A stretch of 64,000 nucleotides of DNA, from NCBI GenBank assembly GCA_965372795.1, contig CBDVDR010000008.1, positions 73,622-137,621 on the forward strand, in the 5' to 3' direction. Below are positions 10,608 to 18,189 of this stretch, one piece after another. The notes below the pieces were generated by a model. The model saw nothing but the letters and a program-made list of their open reading frames with translations, was not told the DNA's origin and made no database searches. Position 1 is the first letter of the stretch; each line of letters begins with the position of its first letter. The position numbers were made by a program, and so were the translations under genes. This DNA is from an uncultured bacterium. GTDB lineage: Bacteria; Zixibacteria; MSB-5A5; GN15; FEB-12.

Positions 10608-10994
10608 ATGAAAAAAACCGATTTGAAAAAATACCAAAAACTTCTTTTAATAAAAAAGAAAGCCCTGTTTGAGGATATGGATGACATTTTGAAGGAGCGC
10701 GTTAACAAAACGATTAAAGATGCTACCGGGGATTTATCATCTTATTCATATCATATGGCTGATCAAGGTACTGATGCTATGGAACGAGAGATGGCTTTTA
10801 TGTTAGCTTCCAAATCAGGAAGGCTTATTTATCATATCGATGAAGCTTTACGGCGTATTGATAAGGGAAATTACGGCGATTGTTTTGTTTGTGAAAAACT
10901 AATTAGTACGGCGAGACTTGAGGCTGTACCTCATGCAAGGCTTTGTATCGAATGTAAATCTGCTGAAGAGGAAAATAACTCTGGCAAAAAATAA
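10608..10994 (+). CDS. TraR/DksA C4-type zinc finger protein
   Basis: HMADQGTDAMERE coiled-coil tip; YGDCFVC...RLEAVPHARLCIECK. Confidence 0.9.
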   Translation: MKKTDLKKYQKLLLIKKKALFEDMDDILKERVNKTIKDATGDLSSYSYHMADQGTDAMEREMAFMLASKSGRLIYHIDEALRRIDKGNYGDCFVCEKLISTARLEAVPHARLCIECKSAEEENNSGKK

Positions 10995-11514
10995 TCTCAA
11001 AAATTTCATTGCTCCGCTGACAATAATTTTCTCTGTTGTTATAATCGATCAATTGACCAAATGGTGGGCTGTGGCTAATCTTTCCGGTAAGCCCTCGGTT
11101 GAGATTCTGGGAAAATTTTTCATGTTGACGCTGGTCTATAACGAGGGTGGTGCTCTGGGCACTAATTTTGGTCCCTCTAAATATTACCTTATTTCCTCAT
11201 CATTAATTTTACTCTTTGTTTTATATTATATTTATTTAAATATCAAAATTAAACCGATCGCATTACCGCTCTCATTAATTTCTGCCGGAGCCATAGGTAA
11301 CATAATCGACCGTATTTATTATGGAAAAGTTGTAGATTTTTTAGATGTTGATTTCTTTGATATTGATCTGTTTGGTTATCAACTTCAGAGGTGGTGGACT
11401 TTTAATATTGCTGATTCGGCTATTAGCTGCTCAATCGTTTTTTTGCTGATATATTCCCTTTTCTTCCACAAAGAGCCGGCGACTAAAGTTGAAAATGAGA
11501 ATTCTGTCGACTAA
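10981..11514 (+). CDS. lspA: Lipoprotein signal peptidase II
   Basis: DQLTK, NEGGA, GAIGNIIDR, VVDF, FNIADSAI motifs. Start uncertain: CTG 10981 follows SD GAGGA, whereas the ORF-track start 10918 overlaps dksA by 77 nt. Confidence 0.92.
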   Translation: MAKNNLKNFIAPLTIIFSVVIIDQLTKWWAVANLSGKPSVEILGKFFMLTLVYNEGGALGTNFGPSKYYLISSSLILLFVLYYIYLNIKIKPIALPLSLISAGAIGNIIDRIYYGKVVDFLDVDFFDIDLFGYQLQRWWTFNIADSAISCSIVFLLIYSLFFHKEPATKVENENSVD

Positions 11515-11660
11515 TTCAAGATTAAAACTCTTACGTTTTTGACCAAAAAAACTAATATATTCTCTTTAATTGTATAAACTAATACGTATATTGGTTATCC
11601 ATTTCTAAGCGAATTCTTAGAAGGGTTGTATAAATATTAAATAATTAGATAAACGAGGCT

Positions 11661-12725
11661 GTGATGATAAATAAAGAAGCTGTGATGCATATTTTAAGCG
11701 GGATTGAAGACCCTGAACTTCGTAAACCGCTAACCGAACTTGGTATGGTAAAATTTGTTGAGATAGAAGGGTCCGTGGTTACTGTCGGGATTACTCTTAC
11801 TGTTCCGGGTTGTCCTCTAAAGGAAAAAATTACCAGTGATGTTGTTGAGGGTGTTAAATTTATTGAGGGTGTAAGTGAGGTCAAAGTTCAATTTGATGTT
11901 ATGTCTGATGAACAGCGTGATACTTTAAAACAGAAGCTTGGCTATGGCGCCAAAGATGGCAAAGCTCAGGTAACTATCAATAATTTTGCAAAAAGATATA
12001 TTGCCGTATCATCCGGAAAGGGCGGGGTTGGGAAGTCCACCGTGACAACAAATCTGGCTGTTGCATTTGCACGTAAAGGATTTAAAGTCGGTGTGTTAGA
12101 TGCTGATGTGTATGGATTTTCAATTCCCCGAATGATCGGTGTTCATGGTCAACCAACCGTTATTGATGATAAATTGATTCCTCTTCGTCTTGGAGATAAT
12201 CTCCAGGTCATGTCGATGGGCTTTTTTATTGATGAAGATGAACCTGTTATCTGGCGCGGACCTCTGCTTCATAAAGCAATCAACCAATTTTTAGCCGATG
12301 TGTTCTGGGATGAACTTGATTATATGTTTCTCGATCTGCCACCCGGAACCGGTGATGTGACCCTGACCATTGCTCAAGCAATTCCAACGGCTGAGATGCT
12401 CGTTGTAACAACGCCACAGCAGACTGCTGTTCATGTAGCCGGTCGCGTAGCCCGTCTTGCAGAGAAAACCGAGTTGAAAACTATTGGTGTAATCGAAAAT
12501 ATGGCTTACTATGTATCCAATGGAGAGAGAGATTACATCTTTGGTAAAGATGGCGGCAAAGATTTAGCGAAAACTCTTTCCACAGAATTTATCGGAGAAA
12601 TTCCTTTAGAAAAATCCATTCGTGAAGGAGCCGACAACGGGTTGCCGGTCGCATCGCACGGAGATGAGAAATATATTTCACTCTTCGAATCATTCGTTGA
12701 TAAAATTCACGGAACTGACAAGTGA
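11661..12725 (+). CDS. mrp: Mrp/NBP35 (ApbC) Fe-S cluster carrier ATPase with N-terminal DUF59-like domain
   Basis: DPEL..LTVPGCP N-domain; SGKGGVGKST; DADVYG; WRGP; DLPPGTGD; ENM. Confidence 0.92.
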   Translation: MMINKEAVMHILSGIEDPELRKPLTELGMVKFVEIEGSVVTVGITLTVPGCPLKEKITSDVVEGVKFIEGVSEVKVQFDVMSDEQRDTLKQKLGYGAKDGKAQVTINNFAKRYIAVSSGKGGVGKSTVTTNLAVAFARKGFKVGVLDADVYGFSIPRMIGVHGQPTVIDDKLIPLRLGDNLQVMSMGFFIDEDEPVIWRGPLLHKAINQFLADVFWDELDYMFLDLPPGTGDVTLTIAQAIPTAEMLVVTTPQQTAVHVAGRVARLAEKTELKTIGVIENMAYYVSNGERDYIFGKDGGKDLAKTLSTEFIGEIPLEKSIREGADNGLPVASHGDEKYISLFESFVDKIHGTDK

Positions 12726-12791
12726 TAACCTTTTGAAATGATTACTTTTTAGAAGTTGCATTAATATTTTGTAAAAAGTTTTACTCTTGAG

Positions 12792-13037
12792 TTATCCACA
12801 GGGTTAATTATTGCTCCCGTAAAGGCAGCTACAACAACGACTTCAAAAATTTGTTTTATAAACGTTCGGTCGGCTTGACGATTCGTTCGAACTTCACTAC
12901 TTATTAACATGAGAGCGAAAAAATCCCTGCATGTTAATAAATTGTGGACAACTTCCGTGTGTGTTGCTAAAATCGATAATTTCAAGGAAGTTAGGGTGAT
13001 TAGTAATTCTCTTTAATGTTGATAACATTGTGGGTAT
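12792..13037. promoter_or_regulatory. DnaA-box cluster upstream of dnaA (oriC part 1 / dnaA autoregulation)
   Basis: TTATCCACA 12792-12800; TTATTAACA 12901-12909; TGTTAATAA 12932-12940; TGTGGACAA 12943-12951; TGTTGATAA 13017-13025; TGTGGGTAT 13029-13037. Confidence 0.8.
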
Positions 13038-13122
13038 CTCTTCAGCTTTTTGAGGCTGTTAGTTTTACCTATATTTATTTGTTGTAGTTGAGTTATTTTT
13101 TTAATTGAGGGGTAATGTTAAA

Positions 13123-14487
13123 TTGCAAGAGAGTATGGTAAGTTCACAGATCTGGGATGACTGCCTCAAGTATATGTCAAGGCGTATGAAAGAGCAGTCA
13201 TACAACACCTGGTTGAAATCGACTAAGGGTGAGCCGGGTGGAAATGGTAATTTTCAAGTTGCTGTGCCGAATCAATTCGTTGCTGACTGGATCAGAGGTC
13301 ATTATAGCGAGTTGATTGAAGAAGCCTTTTTTGAGGTTCACGGCAGAAGATATGATGTACAATATGTTATATCGGCTTCACAGGACCAGGAACAGCAGGT
13401 ATCGCTTAAACTGCATGAGCCAGTTGAGATGATTATGCCGGCGCCCAGGCCGAAAAAGGCAGGTCATCATAATCTTAACCAAAAATATCAATTTGCATCG
13501 TTGGTGGTTGGTGATTTTAACCAATTTGCTTATGCTGCCTCAAAGGCTGTAGCAGAAGCTCCCGGTATGACCCAATATAATCCGCTTTTAATTTATGGCG
13601 GGACCGGGCTGGGTAAAACGCATTTAGCACAAGCTATCGGGCATAGTATTCTTAAAGAGTATCCCGAAAAAAGTGTTATGTACGCTACCAGTGAAAAGTT
13701 TACATCCGATTTTATTTCATCTATTTCAGATGGTTCAATTTCTCGTTTTACGAAAGTTTATCGTGAAGTTGATGTATTGATTATTGACGATATTCAGTTC
13801 TTCACCGGAAAGGAATCCACCCAGGAACAGTTTTTTCATACTTTCAATACCTTGTATCATCTTGGAAAACAAATTATCTTAACCTCAGATCGACCACCTA
13901 AGGAAATTAAGGGTCTCGAAGACAGGTTATTATCCCGATTTTCATGCGGGCTCGTAACTGACCTTCAAGCTCCAGACTTGGAAGCCAGGACGGCCATCCT
14001 TTATAAAAAGATCGAATCGGAAGGATTGGTGCTTCCTGATGATGTTATTAATTATATTGCAGATAAGGTTTCTACTAACGTCCGGGAATTAGAGGGTGCT
14101 TTAATCAGGCTGCTGGCATATACGTCGTTGAAAAATGTACCCACTAACCTTGAAACCACTAAAAAAGTATTAGCCGACACGCTTTCTTCGCATCGCAAAG
14201 AGATAACGATTGAACTAATTCAGAAAAAAACTTCTGATCTTTTTGGAGTCGATCAAAATATGATGATTGCCAAAAAGAAGACATCAAATATAGTCTTGGC
14301 GCGGCAGGTGGCAATGTATATCGCTCGTAATCTTACTGATAATTCTTTAAAAGCTATAGGTGATTCGTTTGGTGGAAGAGATCATTCAACGGTAATTCAT
14401 GCCTGTAATTTAATCACTAATAAACTGTCAAGTGACTCTATTTTCAGGGAAAAAATTGACAAACTATCAGCCTCTTTACTGTATTGA
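13123..14487 (+). CDS. dnaA: Chromosomal replication initiator DnaA
   Basis: YNPLLIYGGTGLGKTHL, IIDDIQF, QEQFFHTFN, SDRPP, NVRELEGAL, RQVAMY, FGGRDHSTVIHA. Start probably TTG 13123 after SD GAGGGG. Confidence 0.98.
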   Translation: MQESMVSSQIWDDCLKYMSRRMKEQSYNTWLKSTKGEPGGNGNFQVAVPNQFVADWIRGHYSELIEEAFFEVHGRRYDVQYVISASQDQEQQVSLKLHEPVEMIMPAPRPKKAGHHNLNQKYQFASLVVGDFNQFAYAASKAVAEAPGMTQYNPLLIYGGTGLGKTHLAQAIGHSILKEYPEKSVMYATSEKFTSDFISSISDGSISRFTKVYREVDVLIIDDIQFFTGKESTQEQFFHTFNTLYHLGKQIILTSDRPPKEIKGLEDRLLSRFSCGLVTDLQAPDLEARTAILYKKIESEGLVLPDDVINYIADKVSTNVRELEGALIRLLAYTSLKNVPTNLETTKKVLADTLSSHRKEITIELIQKKTSDLFGVDQNMMIAKKKTSNIVLARQVAMYIARNLTDNSLKAIGDSFGGRDHSTVIHACNLITNKLSSDSIFREKIDKLSASLLY

Positions 14488-14767
14488 TAAGTTGTGGTTT
14501 TCTATGTGTAAAAAATGTGAATTACTTGAAATGGGTGTTAAATTGTTGATAATTAAAATTTTGGTTTAATTTTTGTTTATTGTTAGTTGAAAAGTTTTAG
14601 GGTATATAAAAATGTTAAGTAGTTGTAGGATATATAATAAAAAGATGAAGGTTGTTAATAAATTAACTTTATTAACATTTTAACATCTATTATTATTATT
14701 ACTTATATAAGATATAAAGTATAGAATTAAGAATTAGTTGTTGAAAAACATTTAGGAAAGGCATTCG
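14488..14767 (+). other. oriC unwinding region between dnaA and dnaN (degenerate DnaA boxes, DnaA-trios, AT-rich DUE)
   Basis: TGTTGATAA 14544-14552, TGTTAATAA 14653-14661, tandem TTATTAACA/ATTTTAACA 14669-14685, then (TAT)4TAC 14688-14702 and an AT-rich stretch. Confidence 0.8.
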
Positions 14768-15880
14768 ATGAAATTCAGTTTACCGAAATCAAAGCTGGCA
14801 GGTTACCTTCAATATATTCTTCAGGTAGTACCGACAAAATCCACTTTACCAATATTAACCAACCTTCTGATTGAAGCACTTGATAATAAATTAAAAATCT
14901 CTGCGACTGATTTGGATATTTCGATTACAGCCTCGATTGATTGTAATGTCAGTAAAAAAGGTGCAACCTCAATTCCGGCAAAGATTCTATTTGAGATTAT
15001 TAAAGAACTTCCTGAATCAGAAGTTAGTTTTGAAGTAACATCATCGCGTATGGAAATTAAAATACCAAACGGTTCGTACAAAATTGCAACAGTATCTCCT
15101 GATGACTTTCCGAAACTTCCCGCTGTTAATACAAAAAAAGAGATTAAGATTGCTGCTGACGCTTTAGTTCGCATGGTTAAGAAAACCAGTTTTGCCTGTT
15201 CTGATGATGATACACGTCCGGCTCTTAACGGTGTTTTGTGGCAGACAAAAGGTGATCGGATGCAGATGGTTGCTACTGATGGTCATCGTTTGGCGAAGAT
15301 GTCGGTTGAGAATACAAAATTAAAAGGCATGTACGAAGATGTTATTGTTCCACCAAAGGTTTTGAATCTTATTCCAAAATTTGCATTGGATGATGATCAG
15401 GAGATCGGGATTATTTTTGGAGAGAATAATATTATTTTTAATCTGGGTGAAATTGTTTTAACATCCCGCCTGATTGAAGGACCATATCCAAATTACGATC
15501 AGGTCATTCCTACTGACAACGATAAAAAATTAGTTGTGTCCAAAGAAGATCTTGCCGGAGCAGTTCGTCGTGTTTCAATTCTTTCTAATTCACTGACTCA
15601 CCAGGTAAAGTTTTCTTTGAAAGAAAACTCACTCACTTTGTCGACTACCAACGCTGATGTTGGCGGTGAAGGTAAAGAAGTTATCGAATGTGATTATGTC
15701 GGTGAGCAGATTGAAATGGGCTATAACGCTATGTATGTTAACGATATTTTAGCAAAACTTGATTCAAGCGAAGCAGTGTTTGAGTTGTCCTCAACCGCCG
15801 CTGCCGGATTGATATATAATTCAAATTTATCTAAAGATGATTATCTCTGCCTGATTATGCCTCTCAGGCTGGCAGAGTAA
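14768..15880 (+). CDS. dnaN: DNA polymerase III beta clamp
   Basis: TLPILTN, ATDL, RPALNGV, VATDGHRL, SRLIEGPYPNY, LIMPLRL. Confidence 0.97.
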   Translation: MKFSLPKSKLAGYLQYILQVVPTKSTLPILTNLLIEALDNKLKISATDLDISITASIDCNVSKKGATSIPAKILFEIIKELPESEVSFEVTSSRMEIKIPNGSYKIATVSPDDFPKLPAVNTKKEIKIAADALVRMVKKTSFACSDDDTRPALNGVLWQTKGDRMQMVATDGHRLAKMSVENTKLKGMYEDVIVPPKVLNLIPKFALDDDQEIGIIFGENNIIFNLGEIVLTSRLIEGPYPNYDQVIPTDNDKKLVVSKEDLAGAVRRVSILSNSLTHQVKFSLKENSLTLSTTNADVGGEGKEVIECDYVGEQIEMGYNAMYVNDILAKLDSSEAVFELSSTAAAGLIYNSNLSKDDYLCLIMPLRLAE

Positions 15881-15897
15881 GAATATTATTGGGAATT

Positions 15898-15927
15898 AAA
15901 AGGCAGATAAATTATCTGCCTTTTTTT
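15898..15927 (+). terminator. Rho-independent terminator between dnaN and recF
   Basis: AAAAGGCAGATAA-A-TTATCTGCCTTTT followed by a T run. Confidence 0.7.
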
Positions 15928-15935
15928 ATCTATTC

Positions 15936-17024
15936 ATGTATTTAAAATCATTAAAACTAAACAATTTTAGAAATATTAAAACACAGTCAATTGAGTTCTC
16001 TCCGGAAATAAATATTCTGTATGGCAGCAACGGTTCGGGGAAAACTAATATTCTTGAAGCAGTTTTTGTTTTATGTCTCGGTCGCTCACATCGAAGTTCG
16101 ATGGATACGGTGATGATTGAGAAGGGCAATGATTTTTACCGTCTTGAAGGACTGGTAAATTTTCCTGAAAAAGAAACCGAGGTTGCCCTAGCTTTTCAAA
16201 AAGGCGGTCGAAAGAAAATAACTATCGACAAGGTCTCGGTTAGGATCCATGAATTGTATGAAAATTTTTGTGTGGTTTCAGCGGGTCCGGAAGACAGCGA
16301 TATTCTTTCCGGTTCGCCTTCGTCAAGACGTACTTTTATAGATATGTACCTTTCTCAGAAGTCCAAAAATTATCTAAACAACCTGACTCAGTATCAAAAA
16401 ATATTAACACAAAAAAACGCCGCTTTAAAACACAACATGGACCCATCGCCCTTCAACAGCATGCTGATTGATTTTGGATCCTCTTTGATGGTGGCTCGCA
16501 ATGATTTTATAAGTTTGATAAGCGGCTTATCAGAAGAATTTTATAATAAAATTACAAGCGGCGGTTCTTTTAAAACAATTTACAATCCGTCAATTTCGTT
16601 TGATCCTGACAATACTAACCACTCTGCGGTTAAAGATGCGTTCGAACAAACTCTTCAGAATGTTCAGGAGAAAGAGCGCATTATGCAGTCTTCTCTTAAA
16701 GGACCACACCGCGATGATATTGGTTTTGAAATAGAAAACCTTCCGGCAAGACATCACGGTTCCCAGGGTGAATGGCGGACAGCGGCGATTTCATTAAAGC
16801 TTGCCGTTTATAAAATATTGAAAGAAGAAAAAGAAACTATCCCGATTCTTCTGCTTGATGAAATATTTGCTGAGCTTGACAACGAACGCATTCAGGGTTT
16901 AGTTAATTCATTCGGGGGTTTTGGACAGTTGATTTTAACGACAGCCCAGGAGCCGCCGGACGTTTTAAAAAAGGGCAGTCGCTGTTTTAGAATATCTAAC
17001 GGATCAATAGAGGAAACAGTCTGA
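15936..17024 (+). CDS. recF: DNA replication and repair protein RecF
   Basis: LNNFRN, GSNGSGKTNILEA, GPHRDD, SQGE, LLLDEIFAELD. Confidence 0.95.
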   Translation: MYLKSLKLNNFRNIKTQSIEFSPEINILYGSNGSGKTNILEAVFVLCLGRSHRSSMDTVMIEKGNDFYRLEGLVNFPEKETEVALAFQKGGRKKITIDKVSVRIHELYENFCVVSAGPEDSDILSGSPSSRRTFIDMYLSQKSKNYLNNLTQYQKILTQKNAALKHNMDPSPFNSMLIDFGSSLMVARNDFISLISGLSEEFYNKITSGGSFKTIYNPSISFDPDNTNHSAVKDAFEQTLQNVQEKERIMQSSLKGPHRDDIGFEIENLPARHHGSQGEWRTAAISLKLAVYKILKEEKETIPILLLDEIFAELDNERIQGLVNSFGGFGQLILTTAQEPPDVLKKGSRCFRISNGSIEETV

Positions 17025-18070
17025 TGGCGGGATTGATTTTAAAAAATCTGTCAAAATCATTTGGAGACTTAAAAGTTCTCGACTCAATTAACTTAGAGTT
17101 AAACGAAGGTGAATTTTTAGTTCTATTGGGACCATCTGGGTGCGGTAAGTCTACCTGTTTACGATTGATTGCCGGGTTGGAAGATGTTGATGCCGGTGAA
17201 ATTTATATTGGCAATCGTCAGGTCGAAAAAATTGAACCGAAAGATCGTAAAGTAGCAATGGTTTTTCAAAATTATTCCCTCTATCCCCACATGACGGTTG
17301 AAAAAAATCTTGCATTCCCGCTTAAGGTCGCCGGAGTTGCCTCGAAAACGATTAAAGAAAAAGTTATCAAAACCGCTGAGATGATCGGACTTTCAGATCG
17401 GCTTAAACACAAACCGAATCAACTCTCGGGCGGTCAAAGACAAAGAGTCGCTCTTGGGCGGGCTGTTATAAGGCAACCGGATATATTTTTACTTGATGAA
17501 CCTCTTTCGAATCTGGATGCTGATTTGCGAATTAAGATGCGTCGAGAGATTGTCAGAATACAACAAGAATTAAATTGTACAACAGTATATGTTACTCATG
17601 ATCAGGAAGAAGCCTTATCAATGGGTGACAGAATTGCATTACTCGATAATGGTCATATAGTGCAATTTGACACCCCGGTTAAAATATATAATTATCCGGT
17701 TAATCTTTTTGCGGCCCAATTTATAGGTACTCCCAAAATCAATATTGTCGAAGCGATTGTTGAGGAAGCTACTATTCGCCCATTTGGAATAAATATTCCA
17801 ACCGGGGTACGCAGGGGCAATTATAAAAAGCTGTTGTTAGGGGTGCGTCCTGATGCTATTAAAATTGATATAGACGGTTATTATTCGGCGGTTGTGACTA
17901 GCTGTGAATTTGTTGGTGACAGCTATACCATTACCATTGAATATGATAACAATTTATTGACTGTGTCAAATTTGCAGGAACCTAAATCAATTTCGGAGAA
18001 TGTCAGGTTTACGATAAATACAGACGCAATTTTATATTTTGATCCCATTTCTAAAAAAAGCATAAATTAA
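17024..18070 (+). CDS. MalK/MsmX/UgpC-type ABC transporter ATP-binding protein
   Basis: GPSGCGKST, VFQNYSLYPHMTV, LSGGQRQRVALGRA, DEPLSNLDA, YVTHDQEEA, C-terminal TOBE-like region. Confidence 0.92.
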   Translation: MAGLILKNLSKSFGDLKVLDSINLELNEGEFLVLLGPSGCGKSTCLRLIAGLEDVDAGEIYIGNRQVEKIEPKDRKVAMVFQNYSLYPHMTVEKNLAFPLKVAGVASKTIKEKVIKTAEMIGLSDRLKHKPNQLSGGQRQRVALGRAVIRQPDIFLLDEPLSNLDADLRIKMRREIVRIQQELNCTTVYVTHDQEEALSMGDRIALLDNGHIVQFDTPVKIYNYPVNLFAAQFIGTPKINIVEAIVEEATIRPFGINIPTGVRRGNYKKLLLGVRPDAIKIDIDGYYSAVVTSCEFVGDSYTITIEYDNNLLTVSNLQEPKSISENVRFTINTDAILYFDPISKKSIN

Positions 18071-18121
18071 GCTTTCGTTTTCAATTAATGGAAAAGCCCA
18101 CTTAAACGTCTATTAAAGATA

Positions 18122-18149
18122 TTGACAAAAATTGTCAAAATGGTATATT
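18122..18149 (+). promoter_or_regulatory. sigma70-type promoter with overlapping palindromic operator candidate
   Basis: TTGACA (18122) N16 TATATT (18144) with extended TG; TTGACAA-AAA-TTGTCAA palindrome 18122-18138. Confidence 0.55.
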
Positions 18150-18189
18150 TTACGATACTATATTTAACCAATAATCAGGGGGTAGTTCT

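Noticed and set aside
12761..12985. 74-aa minus-strand ORF upstream of dnaA
   Set aside because: Lies across the DnaA-box cluster with no recognisable motif; probably spurious.
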